From Octopus bimaculoides (lineage: Eukaryota): a stretch of 63,460 bases of DNA. Below, piece after piece: positions 12,640 through 24,728 of the stretch; the stretch's first letter is position 1, and each line of letters begins with the position of its first letter. Both the position numbers and the translations under genes were made by a program. The stretch is from the NCBI RefSeq assembly GCF_001194135.2, contig NC_068981.1, forward strand, positions 88,858,065-88,921,524, written 5' to 3'. The notes below the pieces were generated by a model. That model was not told where the DNA came from and made no database searches. It saw only the letters and a list, made by a program, of their open reading frames with translations.

Positions 12640-13480
12640 TTTGTAAATATTACTGATACATCTATGCTTTAGTAAACATAAATGAAATCTTTTAAAAGTA
12701 CCTTGCTTCAGTTTAATTGTCATGAAGGTCATTTATATAAGCATGAGGTGCCTTCAACCCTAGAGATTTTAATATTCTGAGAAAAGGTGTAATAATAATT
12801 CATGTAGATTTAAAAAAGCTATGCAAGGCTTCATATAAAGGAACCAGTCTACATCATAACAGTCTATAAGGAACGCGTTGTATCACAGTAACATCTTATA
12901 ACAGTAACATCACATCAAAGTCATGATTTTTTAGTAATTTTCATTTCTTTTACTTTAGTAAAACCTTCCAAATCTGTCGTTGCAGCCTCGGAGTAAATAC
13001 GTTTTGAACGCTGAATAAAAAATGCAAGATGTTGAATATGGTCAGCCATTCCAATAGGCGTTAACTCAATTTTATAGAAATGAAGTAAAGCGCTGATTAC
13101 AGATTTTGACAAAGATTTGTCTCCAATACCCGTCGTCATATGCGCGAGAAGTTTCTCTTTTCTGTCTTCCTCAACTTACATGTTTAGCAAAAGTCCATCA
13201 CGCTACACTAGTTTTATAAACATGAAATTGCGGTAAATTTTCTATCTTTTTTGTCTTTTCGGTCGAAATGTGCCGAGGTTTTCTTTACATAAGCTGTATG
13301 CAAGTTCTCAGCCAGTTTTATTTATTTACATTGCATTCTTCAGCATGCATTCGGTAGCAATTTCAAAGAAAAGTTACAGCATTGAATGTGTGTGTATGAT
13401 GCAGTTTTCATAAATTCAAGAGTTCCATAATTCTTCAGTTTCATCTTGCTTCAAATCCTCCAAGATGGCGATTAATACAA
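12640..13480 (-). mobile_element. Heavily decayed transposase-like remnant, possibly hAT (Charlie/Buster-like)
   Basis: Broken frames give KLAENLHTAYVKKTSAHFDRK, MADHIQHL and LVPLYEALHSFF, in the order expected for ZBED5/Charlie-type transposases. Similarity is weak and judged by eye. Confidence 0.35.
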
Positions 13481-13699
13481 ATTAGATTCATTGACATTAC
13501 TAAGGTGTTTGCAAGCTGAAAGAAATTAACGGTAAACAACACTTAGAAATGCATTATATTCCTGGATGATGTATCTCAGGATAAGTACATCCTTATTCCC
13601 GTAAGGATATGATTCAAACAATCCTTTTTTTTCGTGCAGCTTTTCTCCATCTATATCATATATACATACACCTACTGTAAAAGAAAGCACAATTTCTTT

Positions 13700-13865
13700 T
13701 CCTCAACACGCCCTGCTCTATTTAGCATTATCCCAAAACAAATCAAAGAAATTAAAAATCCCATCACCTTCACACGAAACCTGGACAAGTTTTTTTCAAG
13801 GGATACCAGATAAGCCTAGACATATCTCAGTCAACAACACTTTCCTTCATGAATGGGCCACGAAG
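13700..13865 (+). mobile_element. CR1/L2-group LINE ORF2 3' remnant
   Basis: Translates to PALFSIIPKQIKEIKNPITFTRNLDKFF-(frameshift)-GIPDKP, matching the P.LFN.LP..I.....F...LDKFL..IPD.P C-terminal pattern. Confidence 0.7.
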
Positions 13866-14325
13866 CAACAAAACTTGATTTAAATGTGACTTAACAGGTC
13901 GTATCATGTGATGCTATTAAGTTAGACATGTCTTGGGTCAATATTTGACCGAAACATATCTAAATTAACTAAGTTGTCTAAGTTAGTTAACAGTAAATAT
14001 TTTAGAAGTCACTAGGAATAGGTAGAATATGTTACCTATCCAAATGACATTCGATCAAGTTTCTAATTTTGAAGAAAGTGGGGAATTACTTTTGTCTCAA
14101 ATCTTCGGGAAACATCCAAATGCGATGTAAATATTTCTTCTTTAATGAAATACAATCAAGATTCACCGGTTTATTACTTTAAGATTTGAAACTTTACTCA
14201 TACATTGCGTTAAACATAAGCACACACACGCACGCACAGACGCAGACAAACACACAAACACACACACACACATACACAAATACACACACAGAGGCACACA
14301 CTCTTACACACACATATATATGTAA

Positions 14326-14359
<34 letters not shown>

Positions 14360-14529
14360 GTCCTGGGTATAACTTTGAACTGTATACAGTGGTGGGGGTC
14401 TGGTTCAAAAGTTCCAGGGTTTTGAGAGATTGTGGAACTACCAGGTTCTACTGTGACACGGAATAATAGTATCTGCCAGGATCCCAGCTATGGGTTAATT
14501 AGCATATGTGCGACGGAACGAAGGACAAA

Positions 14530-14725
14530 CACAAGAAAAACAAAAACAACAACGCGAATACGTGGTACATGCAAAGTATTAACAGAAACTCAGGCAAGGA
14601 AAGAAAGGTGGTTTTGCGTTTAGAGCAAATCTCTTCTTCAGAAGCAGGAGACAGAGGAAAGTCCAAGAGACATGGAGCACGGAGGAAAAAAGTTGCCAAC
14701 GATTCACATGTGTTTACATTTTGAC
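14530..14725 (-). mobile_element. Penelope-like pseudo-LTR remnant with a decayed hammerhead motif
   Basis: Minus strand CTGAAGA-A-GAG-ATTTG-CTC-TAAA-CGCA at 14612-14644 (GAAA mutated to TAAA). Confidence 0.5.
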
Positions 14726-14749
14726 ATACATATTCTTTTATTATTTTCT

Positions 14750-15002
14750 TCTTTTATTCTCCTTCTTGTTTCACACATTTGACTGCGGTCATGCTGAAGC
14801 ATCGTCTTAAAGGGGTTTTTTTTTTAGTCGAAGAAATCGACCCCAGGACTTATTCTTTGTAAGCCTAGTGCTTACTCTACCGGTGTCTTTTGCCGAACCA
14901 ATAAGTTATGGGAACGTAAATACACCAACATCGGTTGTCAACTGATGGTTGTGGTGGTGGTAGTGGTGGTGGGCAAGCATAGACACAGACACACATACAT
15001 GA

Positions 15003-15010
<8 letters not shown>
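14750..15010 (-). mobile_element. SINE family B, 3' half
   Basis: GACTGCGGTCATGCTGAAGCATCGTCTTAAAGG...GACCCCAGGACTTATTCTTTGTAAGCCTAG is antisense to the B tail. Confidence 0.8.
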
Positions 15011-15040
<30 letters not shown>

Positions 15041-15174
15041 TTGTGTATTTGTGCATAATCGCACGCGTTTTCATGTACGTATGTACGTATGTATGTATAT
15101 AGGTATGTATTATGTACGTATGTACGTATGTATGCGCGTGCGTGTTTAAATATTCTAATAGATATTTTATGCAC

Positions 15175-15313
15175 ATTATTTACATTTGACGGACATTTGT
15201 CCTTTTCTTGTTTGTTGTAAACACAACGTTTCGGCGTTATACCTTCCAGCCTTCATCAGATGTCTTGGGGAAATTTCGAGTCTGGGTTCTCATTCCTAAA
15301 GTATTTGTCGATG

Positions 15314-15358
<45 letters not shown>

Positions 15359-15516
15359 GTTTATTATTATTATTATTATTATTAGTTTATTATTATTATT
15401 ATTATTATTATTAATTTATTATTAGTATTATTATTATTAGTTTATTATTATTATTATTCAGGTCACTGCCTGGAATCGAACTTGGAATCTTGGGGTTAGT
15501 AGTCCGCGCACTTAAC
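15175..15516 (-). mobile_element. Composite element: tRNA-like head, (AAT)n, Penelope-type tail
   Basis: Head GTTAAGTGCGCGGACTACTAACC...GTTCGATTCC (15459-15516), about 140 bp of (AAT)n, then a tail containing a hammerhead motif. Confidence 0.65.
15220..15265 (-). ncRNA. Minimal type I hammerhead ribozyme motif, core intact
   Basis: GACAU-CUGAUGA-A-GGC(13 nt)GCC-GAAA-CG-UU-GUGUU; stem I GACAU/GUGUU; palindromic AACGUU stem III; GUU triplet. Confidence 0.7.
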
Positions 15517-16876
15517 ATATTTTATGTTACTATAGTAGTAAATATATGTAAAATATTTTCACATTAACCGCCACACTTTCTTCCTCCTACCATTTTCTAT
15601 CTCTCTCTTTCTCGTTCACTCTCATACACACACACACACACGAATATATATATATATATATGCATATAAGTCTGTATATAAGTTAGCATATAAACGCATT
15701 TATATCATGATAAATGGATGAATATTAGAAGCATAGATAATGGATAGTCGTAATGGCTAGAAACATTGAAACGGTGTGAGGTATAATAAATAACGCAGAA
15801 ATTTCGTGCTTCCTATTAATGTGTAAGTCCATGTACATTACATATATTAACATAGAATACATCTTGTAAGACACTAAGCATCATATTGAACACTCATAGG
15901 TGTACATAAAGAACATATGTATAAAACAGCAGTATCTGTCTTGTTATATGTTTGGACACGTTTATTGATTATAGCAAATATTCGTACACACTCAGATTCA
16001 GAAATTATATCTAGGCTTATGGATATAGATTAGTAATTGAGACTATTTTGATAATACATTATTTGAAAAACAAACTTATCTTCTTTCGAGGAACATGATT
16101 ATATATTTTATAACCTCTTATCATATTTAGCAGATAAGAAATAATTGCCATAAGACTTCGCATATATAAATCTATCAGATAATATGAGATAGATGTTTGT
16201 TAGAAGTTTAAGTTCTCAGTAATTCGTTATAAACTTATTGATTTCTAACTTTTCAGGAAAAAGAGTGTAGTCGATTGAATTAATTGAATTATCTGTTAAT
16301 CTCTTAATGACATTTATCCTCTCGACCCCTAGAGGGATGAAAGGGAAATTCCTGCCCTACAGAATCTTAAACCAGAAAGTTACAGCTTATAATTATAGAA
16401 ATTTGTAAAGTGAAAATATATCTTTCTGTGACTTAACCGACTTTTCTTCTCCGGAAACATTTAGAATTACCGTATGATCCCATGAAGCTGAGCATATGGA
16501 AGACTAAATACTATAACAGAATATATTTAGAGAGTATTTTTAAAACAAATTTGGGATAACGCCACCCACAGAGAACCTACAAGTTCATCAGCCGAATGAT
16601 TGCGATTTTAGTTTCGTTCAAATTTTTATGTGCTCTATTAGCTAAGCTGTTTATACGTCAATCAATATACTGAATAAATAATATGGTGGAATAGATTTGG
16701 CAATTGGTTTAGGAAGAGTATTACGTATCATAATAAAGAACGCTAATTAATTATTGTCTCTTGGGTGTGTATAATTATTATGGAAATTATTTTAGAGTAA
16801 GACTAGAAATATATTCTTATATAGAATTGAAAATTACTAATTTAGCATATTGTTGAGGAAAACTCGTCCCTGTTTG

Positions 16877-16910
16877 TTGACTGATGACAGAAGGCGAAAC
16901 ATATTCTTGG
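16877..16910 (+). ncRNA. Decayed hammerhead-like motif
   Basis: TTGA-CTGATGA-CAGAAGGC-GAAA-CATAT-TC-TTGG; stems II and III appear damaged by small deletions. Confidence 0.35.
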
Positions 16911-17320
16911 ATAAAAGAACAAAGGGACCTTTTCATAGTTGCTCGATCTGCTAGAAAAAGGAGCCAAATCTTCCAATCAAATTACACCGTCATCAAAATA
17001 TCGATGTTTATATTGATTTGTATCAATAAGCAGTTCTGCATTAAACTGTCTAATGAAATCGTATTGGACATAGATGGTACACATTTGATCATATGCTTGC
17101 TCGATTGTAGCATACCAAGGGTTAAACGTTCTCAATAAGAACACTAGTAGCAACCACAACATCAACAGTAACAACAGCAGCAGCAGCAGTAGCAACAACA
17201 ACAATATGGACAAAACCTACACCAGCAAGTCAATATTTCTGAGGAAGTTAATACTGCACCGATCTGCTTTGTAAAGATCCGAGAATTCACATACCGACAC
17301 AATTGCTGTGCTGTGTAACT

Positions 17321-17505
17321 CAGTGTTCCGTAACGTTTTTTCACATGCGGTACACTTATATTCTTTTCAAAATTCGGCGGCACACCTGAACTAAAATTAT
17401 GACTAAAAGTATAGGAAAAAAATTATATTCAGGTTACACTACGGCACACCAAGCATCGTCTCGTGGCACACCAATGTGCCACAGCACACCGGTTGCGGGG
17501 CACTG
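17321..17505. mobile_element. hAT-type MITE
   Basis: Termini CAGTGTTCCGTAAC...GTTGCGGGGCACTG, repeated GGCACAC subterminal motifs, and a diverged 8-bp TSD GTGTAACT/GTATAGCT (6/8, central TA). Confidence 0.75.
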
Positions 17506-17619
17506 GTATAGCTAACCAAATTACTCCGTGTTCTAGAATACCAAGTTAGAAATATATTTTGTAATATAGTAGAAATCATTGTTGTAATCAGTGGGAGCGC
17601 GTCATATATCTTTTCTCTT

Positions 17620-18303
17620 ATATCTTTTATATCTTTTACACTACAGCCATGATGGAGCGCTGCACTGAAGCGTTTAGTCGAACAAATCGCAGCTGGTCTT
17701 TATTTCTTTTAAAACCTGGTACTTATTTCATGAGTGTCTTTTTCCGAACTGCTAAGTTAGCGGGACGTAAACAAACCAGAGTCGGTTCTTAAGCGATGGT
17801 TGGGAGACCTACACAAACACAAAGACACACAGATACACAAACACACACAAACGCAGATACAGACAAACAGAAAGACACACACACGTGATAGAAAATGGAC
17901 TTAACGACATTATTTAAAGTCACTACGATTGTTTCGACACATTTTCACACGCGTCATACATTACTTAGATGTGGACAAGCTTTGCATAGCATACTACACG
18001 GTCTATGTCCAAATCTTTTCCACCTATATATATATATATATATATTCCTTTATTTTTTAATTCTTGTTCTTGCATTTGACTGCGGTCATACTGGAGCACC
18101 GCCATAAAGGATTTTAGTCGGACAAATCGACCCCAGGACTTATTTTTTAAGCCTGGTACTTGTTCTATCGATCTCTTTTGCCGAACCGCTAAGTTACGGG
18201 GACGTAAGCACACCCACTCCGGTTGTCAAGCAGTGACTGGGGACAAATACAGACACAAAGTCACACACACACACACACATACACACACACATACATACAT
18301 ACA

Positions 18304-18336
<33 letters not shown>

Positions 18337-18570
18337 GTACGACGGGCTTCTGGTCGGCTAGAATAGAAGACACCTGCCCAAGGTACTACGTAGTTGGACT
18401 GAATATATGTATGTGTATGTATGTGTATCTATATATATACGACAGGTTTCTTTCCTTTCTGACTAACAAGGTTCATAGCTGAAGACACTTGCGCAAGGTG
18501 CCGCTGCGCGGCACTGATATCGAAACCATATGGTTGAGAAGCAAACTTCTCTACTACGCAGCCGCACCTT
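17620..18570 (-). mobile_element. Two nested SINE family B copies in the same orientation
   Basis: Older tail at 17620-17890 and head at 18440-18570 enclose a second tail-plus-head copy at about 18050-18400. Confidence 0.65.
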
Positions 18571-19004
18571 ATCTTGCATTGCTTAGCTTCAGGTCACCAA
18601 ATGTTAAGATAAGATGGAAGTGAAAAGTAGTTTTCTTTTAAATCACTATAGGAAGACTAACTCTTCAACGATGTCTAATAGGCTGGATGTAATGACCAAA
18701 CTATAATTATCTTACAGGATATTACATGCTAAACGTTCCTTATGCTTCATTGCCTTTAAATGCCGATATCGAATGTTGTTGTAGAGTAGATGAGAATTAC
18801 TTTATCATTTCAAGTGTATATATGTTCTTTATTTATTAATCATCGTTGCCGGAAGAAGTCTCGGTGTGTTGGAGCTCATCAGAGTATTTAGCCACTGAGC
18901 GTTTGAAAAACATATAGACATCTGTTGAAGAATTTGTATAAGAATGAATTTAAATCATTGCTAAAAGCTGAGAAAATACTTGCCATTTACAAATTCGTGC
19001 ACTT

Positions 19005-19235
19005 CCTCCCCTCTCTCTCTCCCCCTCCTCCTNNNNNNNNNNCTCCCTCCTCCTCTCTCTCCGTCCTCCTCTCTCTCCGTCCTCCTCTCTCTCCGTCCTC
19101 CTCTCTCTCCCTCCTCCTCTCTCCCCCTCTCTCCCCCTCCTCCTCCCTCTCCGTCTCCCTCCTCTCTCTCCATTTCCCTCCGCCTCCCTCTTCTCTCTCC
19201 GTCTCCCTCTTCTCTCTCCGTCTCCCTCCTCTCTC
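19005..19235. repeat. Pyrimidine-rich (CT/CCT) low-complexity tract
   Basis: Direct reading of the sequence. Confidence 0.9.
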
Positions 19236-19928
19236 TTTTTGCATTTATCTACTGTGAATCTCGTTCTATACTGGCTTCTACTTTGCAGCAATTCAGATAC
19301 AGTAATTCAAATTTAGGCGTCTTTATAAAGCTTGTAAGTACGGCACTTATTGAAGTTATTGTCTGCAGGGTTGACTGTTAGCTGCGATACTTTAACTAAG
19401 ACTATTCTGTTTGTTGGTGACTCAAGAAGGGACAGTTAAGTATATTAACATAATAAAAATGGCAGTACACATTAATATTGAATGAACATACATTCTAATG
19501 TCACCTGAAAGGTCAGACTCTTATGAAGTGAGTTATTGGAAAATATTTGAATTAGAGCTACACAAATGCTATAATTTCCTTTTCATTTGCCAGTACCTCT
19601 CAGTATTTTGCGTTATATCTTTATATTAAATATGTCGAAGAATATGAAGCAAGATTTAAGCTATGAGTGAGGGAGTTTCAGTTTTAGTCTCAGGTTTTAG
19701 TTGAAGCTATATGCCTTCATTTTTACAACTAATACACTTGGAATATGTCTGATCTTATATTCGTGTTTAAATGAAAGCAATTTGATAGGCTACATGTGGA
19801 TAAACGGAAGACATTGGTGGTGGTCGGTATAGGCAAAATTTGAAAAGTAAAGTACATATCCTCGGTAAATTTCTTATGTCATGGAATACATTTACTTCTA
19901 CTTGCGAGGATAAGAAAGAAAATTATTA

Positions 19929-20091
19929 GGCGCAGGAGTGGCTGTGTGGTAAGTAGCTTGCTTACCAACCACATGATTCCGGGTTCAGTCCCCCTGCGTG
20001 GCACATTGGACAAGTGTCTTCTACTATAGCCTCGGGCCGACCAAAGCCTTGTGAGTGGATTTGGTAGACGGAAACTGAAAGAAACCCGTCG

Positions 20092-20132
<41 letters not shown>

Positions 20133-20343
20133 TTGTGTGTCTGTGTTTGTCCCCCCACCATCGCTTGACAACCGATGCAGGTGTGTTTACGTCCCCGTTA
20201 CCTAGCGGTTCAGCAAAAGAGACCGATAGAATAAGTACTAGGCTTACAAAGAATAAGTCCTGGGGTCGGTTTTCTCGACTAAAGGCGGTGCTCCAGCATG
20301 GCCGCAGTCAAATGACTGAAACAAGTAAAAGAGTAAAAGAGTA
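19929..20343 (+). mobile_element. Full-length young tRNA-derived SINE (family B)
   Basis: GGCGCAGGAGTGGCTGTGTGGTAAG head, GGTTCAGTCCC B-box-like motif, central (TA)/(TG)n and AAAAGAGT tandem tail; many copies in the window. Confidence 0.9.
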
Positions 20344-21497
20344 TCCTGTATATACATACATACATACATATGTGATTACACATAGACAGATAACAAGTTT
20401 TTGGTTAATGTTTGTCTCTATTAAATATTGCGTTTTAATCAGGAATATCAATGTGATTAAGAAATGTACTTTGCAATCAGGTACTTACGCTGCACAGCAC
20501 CTTGGATGATTGTCTTAGGCTTGAGCGCCAGAGGGTCCCAAACGTCAGGATGAAATCGAGGACACAGAAACTGAGAGGAAATTCGTCGTATTATACCTGT
20601 TCTTGGGTTGTTTGAATTAATTCCCTTTCCAGTCAAAGAGCACTACTTGGTTTTTGGCGGAATCCACTATATTGGAAGAATAACGACATCTGTCTGAAGA
20701 CAACTCGATGTTTTGGCACCATTTTCTTTGCATGCACATGATAAATTTAATTTTCTAAACTTTTCCTTCGTATGAAAGAAAAAAAATATTCTTCAGCTAA
20801 AGGTTTGGCAAACATCTTTATCGCATAAAGAAGGGATAAGCCTAAAATTAAATCACCTTTTCTTTCCATGAAGTACCAACTGATACAAATTCCTGTATTA
20901 CCCATTACATATTACATCTAAGCTCTTTTCGACAATGTTGAATATTCAATGAAATTCAGGAATTTATATAGTATACGATGTGATGAATCTACGACGTTTA
21001 TCGCCTTTACGGGGTTTTCAAGCCTAGAGTGTGGAACGAGAAGAAAGTCCACCATTTGTAGATTCCTTCAGAAAGAAGCATAGCAACAGGATATAATGTT
21101 ATCCCTGACAAATGATCAGGTTGACCGGGTCGGAATGCTTTCACCAAAATGGATTTCACCAAAGACATTGAGGAGACATTAAATAGGTGAAAGAATGATT
21201 CAAACTACCAAAGAGAAAGCGCAATTCAACGGATTTTCCCTCAGTTTCCGTTCAGCCAATTTTATTTACAAGGCTTGAATTATTCCTGACGCCATGGAAA
21301 TGCACACCAAGCACGGGATTGCGAAGCGATCTTCTTAACACCTTTGATAATGCGTCTGCACGTAATAGTCAAAAGTTATCTATCAAACAATCAATCTATC
21401 TATCTATCTATCTATCTATTTATCTATCTATCTACCTTTCTATCTATCTATCTATCTATCTAAAATATATGAAATACGTATATATACATAAAAGATA

Positions 21498-21737
21498 AAA
21501 GGTCCTCTCGAGCCATAGGAACATCAGAACGGATTCCCGGATTATGTGGCGTATATATTCCACCTCTCCTGGGACAGGAGTCAGTCTGTCGCAGAAGTAC
21601 TTATTTTCACTATCTGAGTGGACCGGAGCAACGTGAATGAAGTGCTTTGTTCAAGAACACAATGCAAAGGTCTCAGAATCGAAACTACAATCTTACGACC
21701 AGGAGTACAGTAGCTTAACCACTAAGCCACGTACCTC
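21498..21737 (-). mobile_element. SINE family D
   Basis: Antisense match to the 2523 and 57263 copies (CTTAACCACTAAGCCACGTACCTC head). Confidence 0.75.
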
Positions 21738-22599
21738 AGCTGTATAATATACATAATACATAATATAATACATACTCACACGCATACATATATATGTGCT
21801 TTCATATACACATGTTTTGCATATAGGTGTATATGTGTACTTACATTGTAAGCTACTTACTCATTTGCTAAATGCGCCACAGGTATCTACTTTTCCCCAA
21901 TGCATAATATTCCTTATCTACAAAAAGGTATAAAATATTCTGTATCCTTCTGTCCCTTATCATAGTAAGAGCTGCTATTCGCACAGGCAAACATACAACA
22001 TAAGATTATTCAGCTTAGTTTGATATAAGCGCTCACATATCTACACAGGAAGTAAAGATTTTGAGGTTTCAAATGAATTCATAAAGAAGATCTGGCAATT
22101 GAAACCAGAATACGTTCATTGCTTGTCAGAATCTTGAACGCTTTCTTCTTCCTTGCGGTATAATTTCGTGTTGAGGATAATGAAGGAAAGGATTGATTAT
22201 CAATGCACATTGTGCCATATAATTCTAGTAGAAAATAAACAGAAAAATTGATTACCTTTTATAAAAAGTGTATAGCTCTTAAATCAATTAAAGTAACGAT
22301 TTAATTTCATGTGACACACATACCGAATATTTTCATTGCAACAGAAATATGAATGAGTCACATTCATAACTTTCGTAAAGACATTAATAGCATACGTGAA
22401 TTTGAATACCTTCCAAGTGGTTATCGGAACGAAATATTGTAGACAGAATAAAGTGAAGTAATAAATTGCAGGAAAAGAGTAAGAAAGCAATGGGTGAGCG
22501 ATTGGAAGCCGAGTAGAAAATTGGAATCGGTGAATAATTATTTGTAGATCAATGGGCGGAAAGAGTGAAGAGAAAGAACGAAATATATCGTCTATCTTA

Positions 22600-23290
22600 T
22601 ATCATTTAGTTGTTTTAATCATTTAACTGCGGTCATGCTGGGACACCGCCTTGAAAAGTTTAGTCGAACAAATGGACCCCAGTACTTATTGTATTTAAGT
22701 TTGGCACTTATTCTATTATTTCTTTTGTGAAACTACTAAGTTACAGGGGCGTATACAAACGAAGACTGGTTTTCGAATGGTGGGAGGAACAAACACAAAC
22801 ACAAAGATACACACAGGCAAAGGCACACGGATGGCAGAAAGCCGTACGAGGCGGTGTGATAATAGGTCTGCGATGCTCTTAGATGTCCGAGGCCGCACGC
22901 GGCTTCAGGACCCTATTAATCACTGTAAGACACGCGTATACATATGTACTACAGGCTTCAATACAGTTTCCACGTATCAAATTCACTCACAAAGCATTGG
23001 TTTACATGTGACTATAATAGGAAACTATAATAGTCGAACAAATGGACCCCAGTACTTATTGCTTTTAAGTTTGGTACTTATTCTATTATTTCTTTTGCCA
23101 AACTACTAAGATACAGGGACGTATACAAACGAAGACTGGTTTTCGAATGGTGGGAGGAACAAACACAAATATGGATGTTCTGCTGGAACAAACTATACCG
23201 CTAGAGTATTGTCCAAAGTGCTGTACATTGGGTCTGAATCAGAAACCAAATGGTTGCAAAACAAACTTCTTAACCACAGAGATGACTACA
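22600..23290 (-). mobile_element. Rearranged SINE family B with a duplicated 140-bp tail segment
   Basis: TAGTCGAACAAATGGACCCCAG...GGGAGGAACAAACACAAA occurs at 22661 and again at 23031. Confidence 0.75.
22822..22907 (+). pseudogene. 18S rRNA fragment
   Basis: ATAATAGGTCTGCGATGCTCTTAGATGTCCGAGGCCGCACGCG closely matches the conserved 18S motif ATAACAGGTCTGTGATGCCCTTAGATGTCCGGGGCCGCACGCG; the preceding helix ATGGC-AGAAA-GCCGT still pairs. Confidence 0.8.
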
Positions 23291-23433
23291 CCTATATACA
23301 TAAAAAGAAAAGAATATATAAACGAGAAAGTCTGAAAGCGAAACAGTTTTTCCTAAAAGAGGGATTATGGAACCAGAGAAAAGAAATTCAGAGATGTAGA
23401 TCTGAAATGAAACAGTATTTCCGCTATGTACAG

Positions 23434-23652
23434 GGCGGCGAACTGGCAGAATTGTTAGCACGACGGGAGAAATGCTGAGCGGCATTTCGTGTCTTTACGG
23501 TCTGAGTTCAAGTGCTGTCAAGGCTGACTTTGGTTGGCTTTCATCTCTTTCAGGTTGATAAAATAAGTACCACTTGAGAACTGGAGTCGAGTCGATGCAA
23601 TTAACTACTCCGTCCCCGAAATTACTGGCCTTGTGCCAAAATTTGGAAGTAT
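23434..23652 (+). mobile_element. SINE family A
   Basis: GGCGGCGAACTGGCAGAATTGTTAGCAC head and GGCCTTGTGCCAAAATTTG tail. Confidence 0.8.
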
Positions 23653-24377
23653 ACTTTCTGCTGTGTGGTGAATAGATGATTGGATATGATGAGTTACTTC
23701 AAATACTAGTAATTGCGCTGGATATAAGGGTGATATTCTTAACAAGAGAGTTTGTTAACAATATCTATTAGCGATAGAGGCAGTATTAATACTGAGAAAG
23801 AATCTCTATTTCTTAAACGTACATGTTCTGTTAGAACAAACTATATTGCAGCAGTTGTTTATGCACTAGCGGGGAGACAAATCTGAGCCACCTCCAGCGC
23901 CGAGACCACTAGATCACGTTATTTCGACCTTCTTTGGTTTTGTCAATGACGGACGCTCAACCGTGAACTCTAGCAGAACATCCATGTTTTAATGGACAGA
24001 AATATTACATCTTGATAGGTGATGAAATATACCATCTATAAAAAACTCATAATGATAAAACGAAACTCTCAAAACTGAATTTGTTTGAGGAATGTATTTC
24101 AAAAGTGGCCGACCTCTCCACATAATACTAACCGTATTCTTTGTGGTTGGCTATTTGCACCAACTCAGCACTTGTGCAGAATTGTTTGTTAACAGTTAGT
24201 ATTTAAAATCAATGTCATCTTTCGCTTTGTTGTAAAATTTGTTATCTTGAATTAATCATAGAAAAGTATAATTAAGTAACAATACCTTTGAGAAATATAT
24301 AAAATAGTCTCAAAATTGAATATCGCTTAGTTAAATGAAGTAGACACTTTTAAAAATAGAACTTTTAACCCAACCTG

Positions 24378-24728
24378 TTTCATAAATTTGTTTCTCAACC
24401 ACTTGCTTGCAGGTTCAGTCCGTCTGCGAGGCACCTTGGGCAAGAGTTTTCTACTATCGCTCCAAGCCAACCAAATCCTTGTGAGTGAAGTTGGTAGACG
24501 GCAACTGAAAATCGTATATATATGTATATATGTGTGTCTTTGTGTTTGGATTTGTCGCCAAACACCGCTTGACATCTGGCATTGGTTTGTTTACCTTCTC
24601 GGAATTTTGAGGCTTGGAACAAGTACTGAGCTTTGAAAAGATACCAGCATTGAATTTTTTCGGTTAAACCTTTCAAAGCGATGTTGCAGCATGACAGCAG
24701 TCCAATGATAGAAACAAGTGAAAGATGA
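24378..24728 (+). mobile_element. SINE family B, diverged
   Basis: CTTGGGCAAGAGTTTTCTACTAT...GGTAGACGGCAACTGAAA body and B-type tail. Confidence 0.75.

Noticed and set aside
18850-18890. CTGATGAGCTCC on the minus strand
   Set aside because: No GAAA or stem III follows, so a hammerhead cannot be supported.
20598-20780. Possible minus-strand exon with a CAG|GTATAA donor
   Set aside because: All frames are closed and no recognisable peptide is present; support is too weak.
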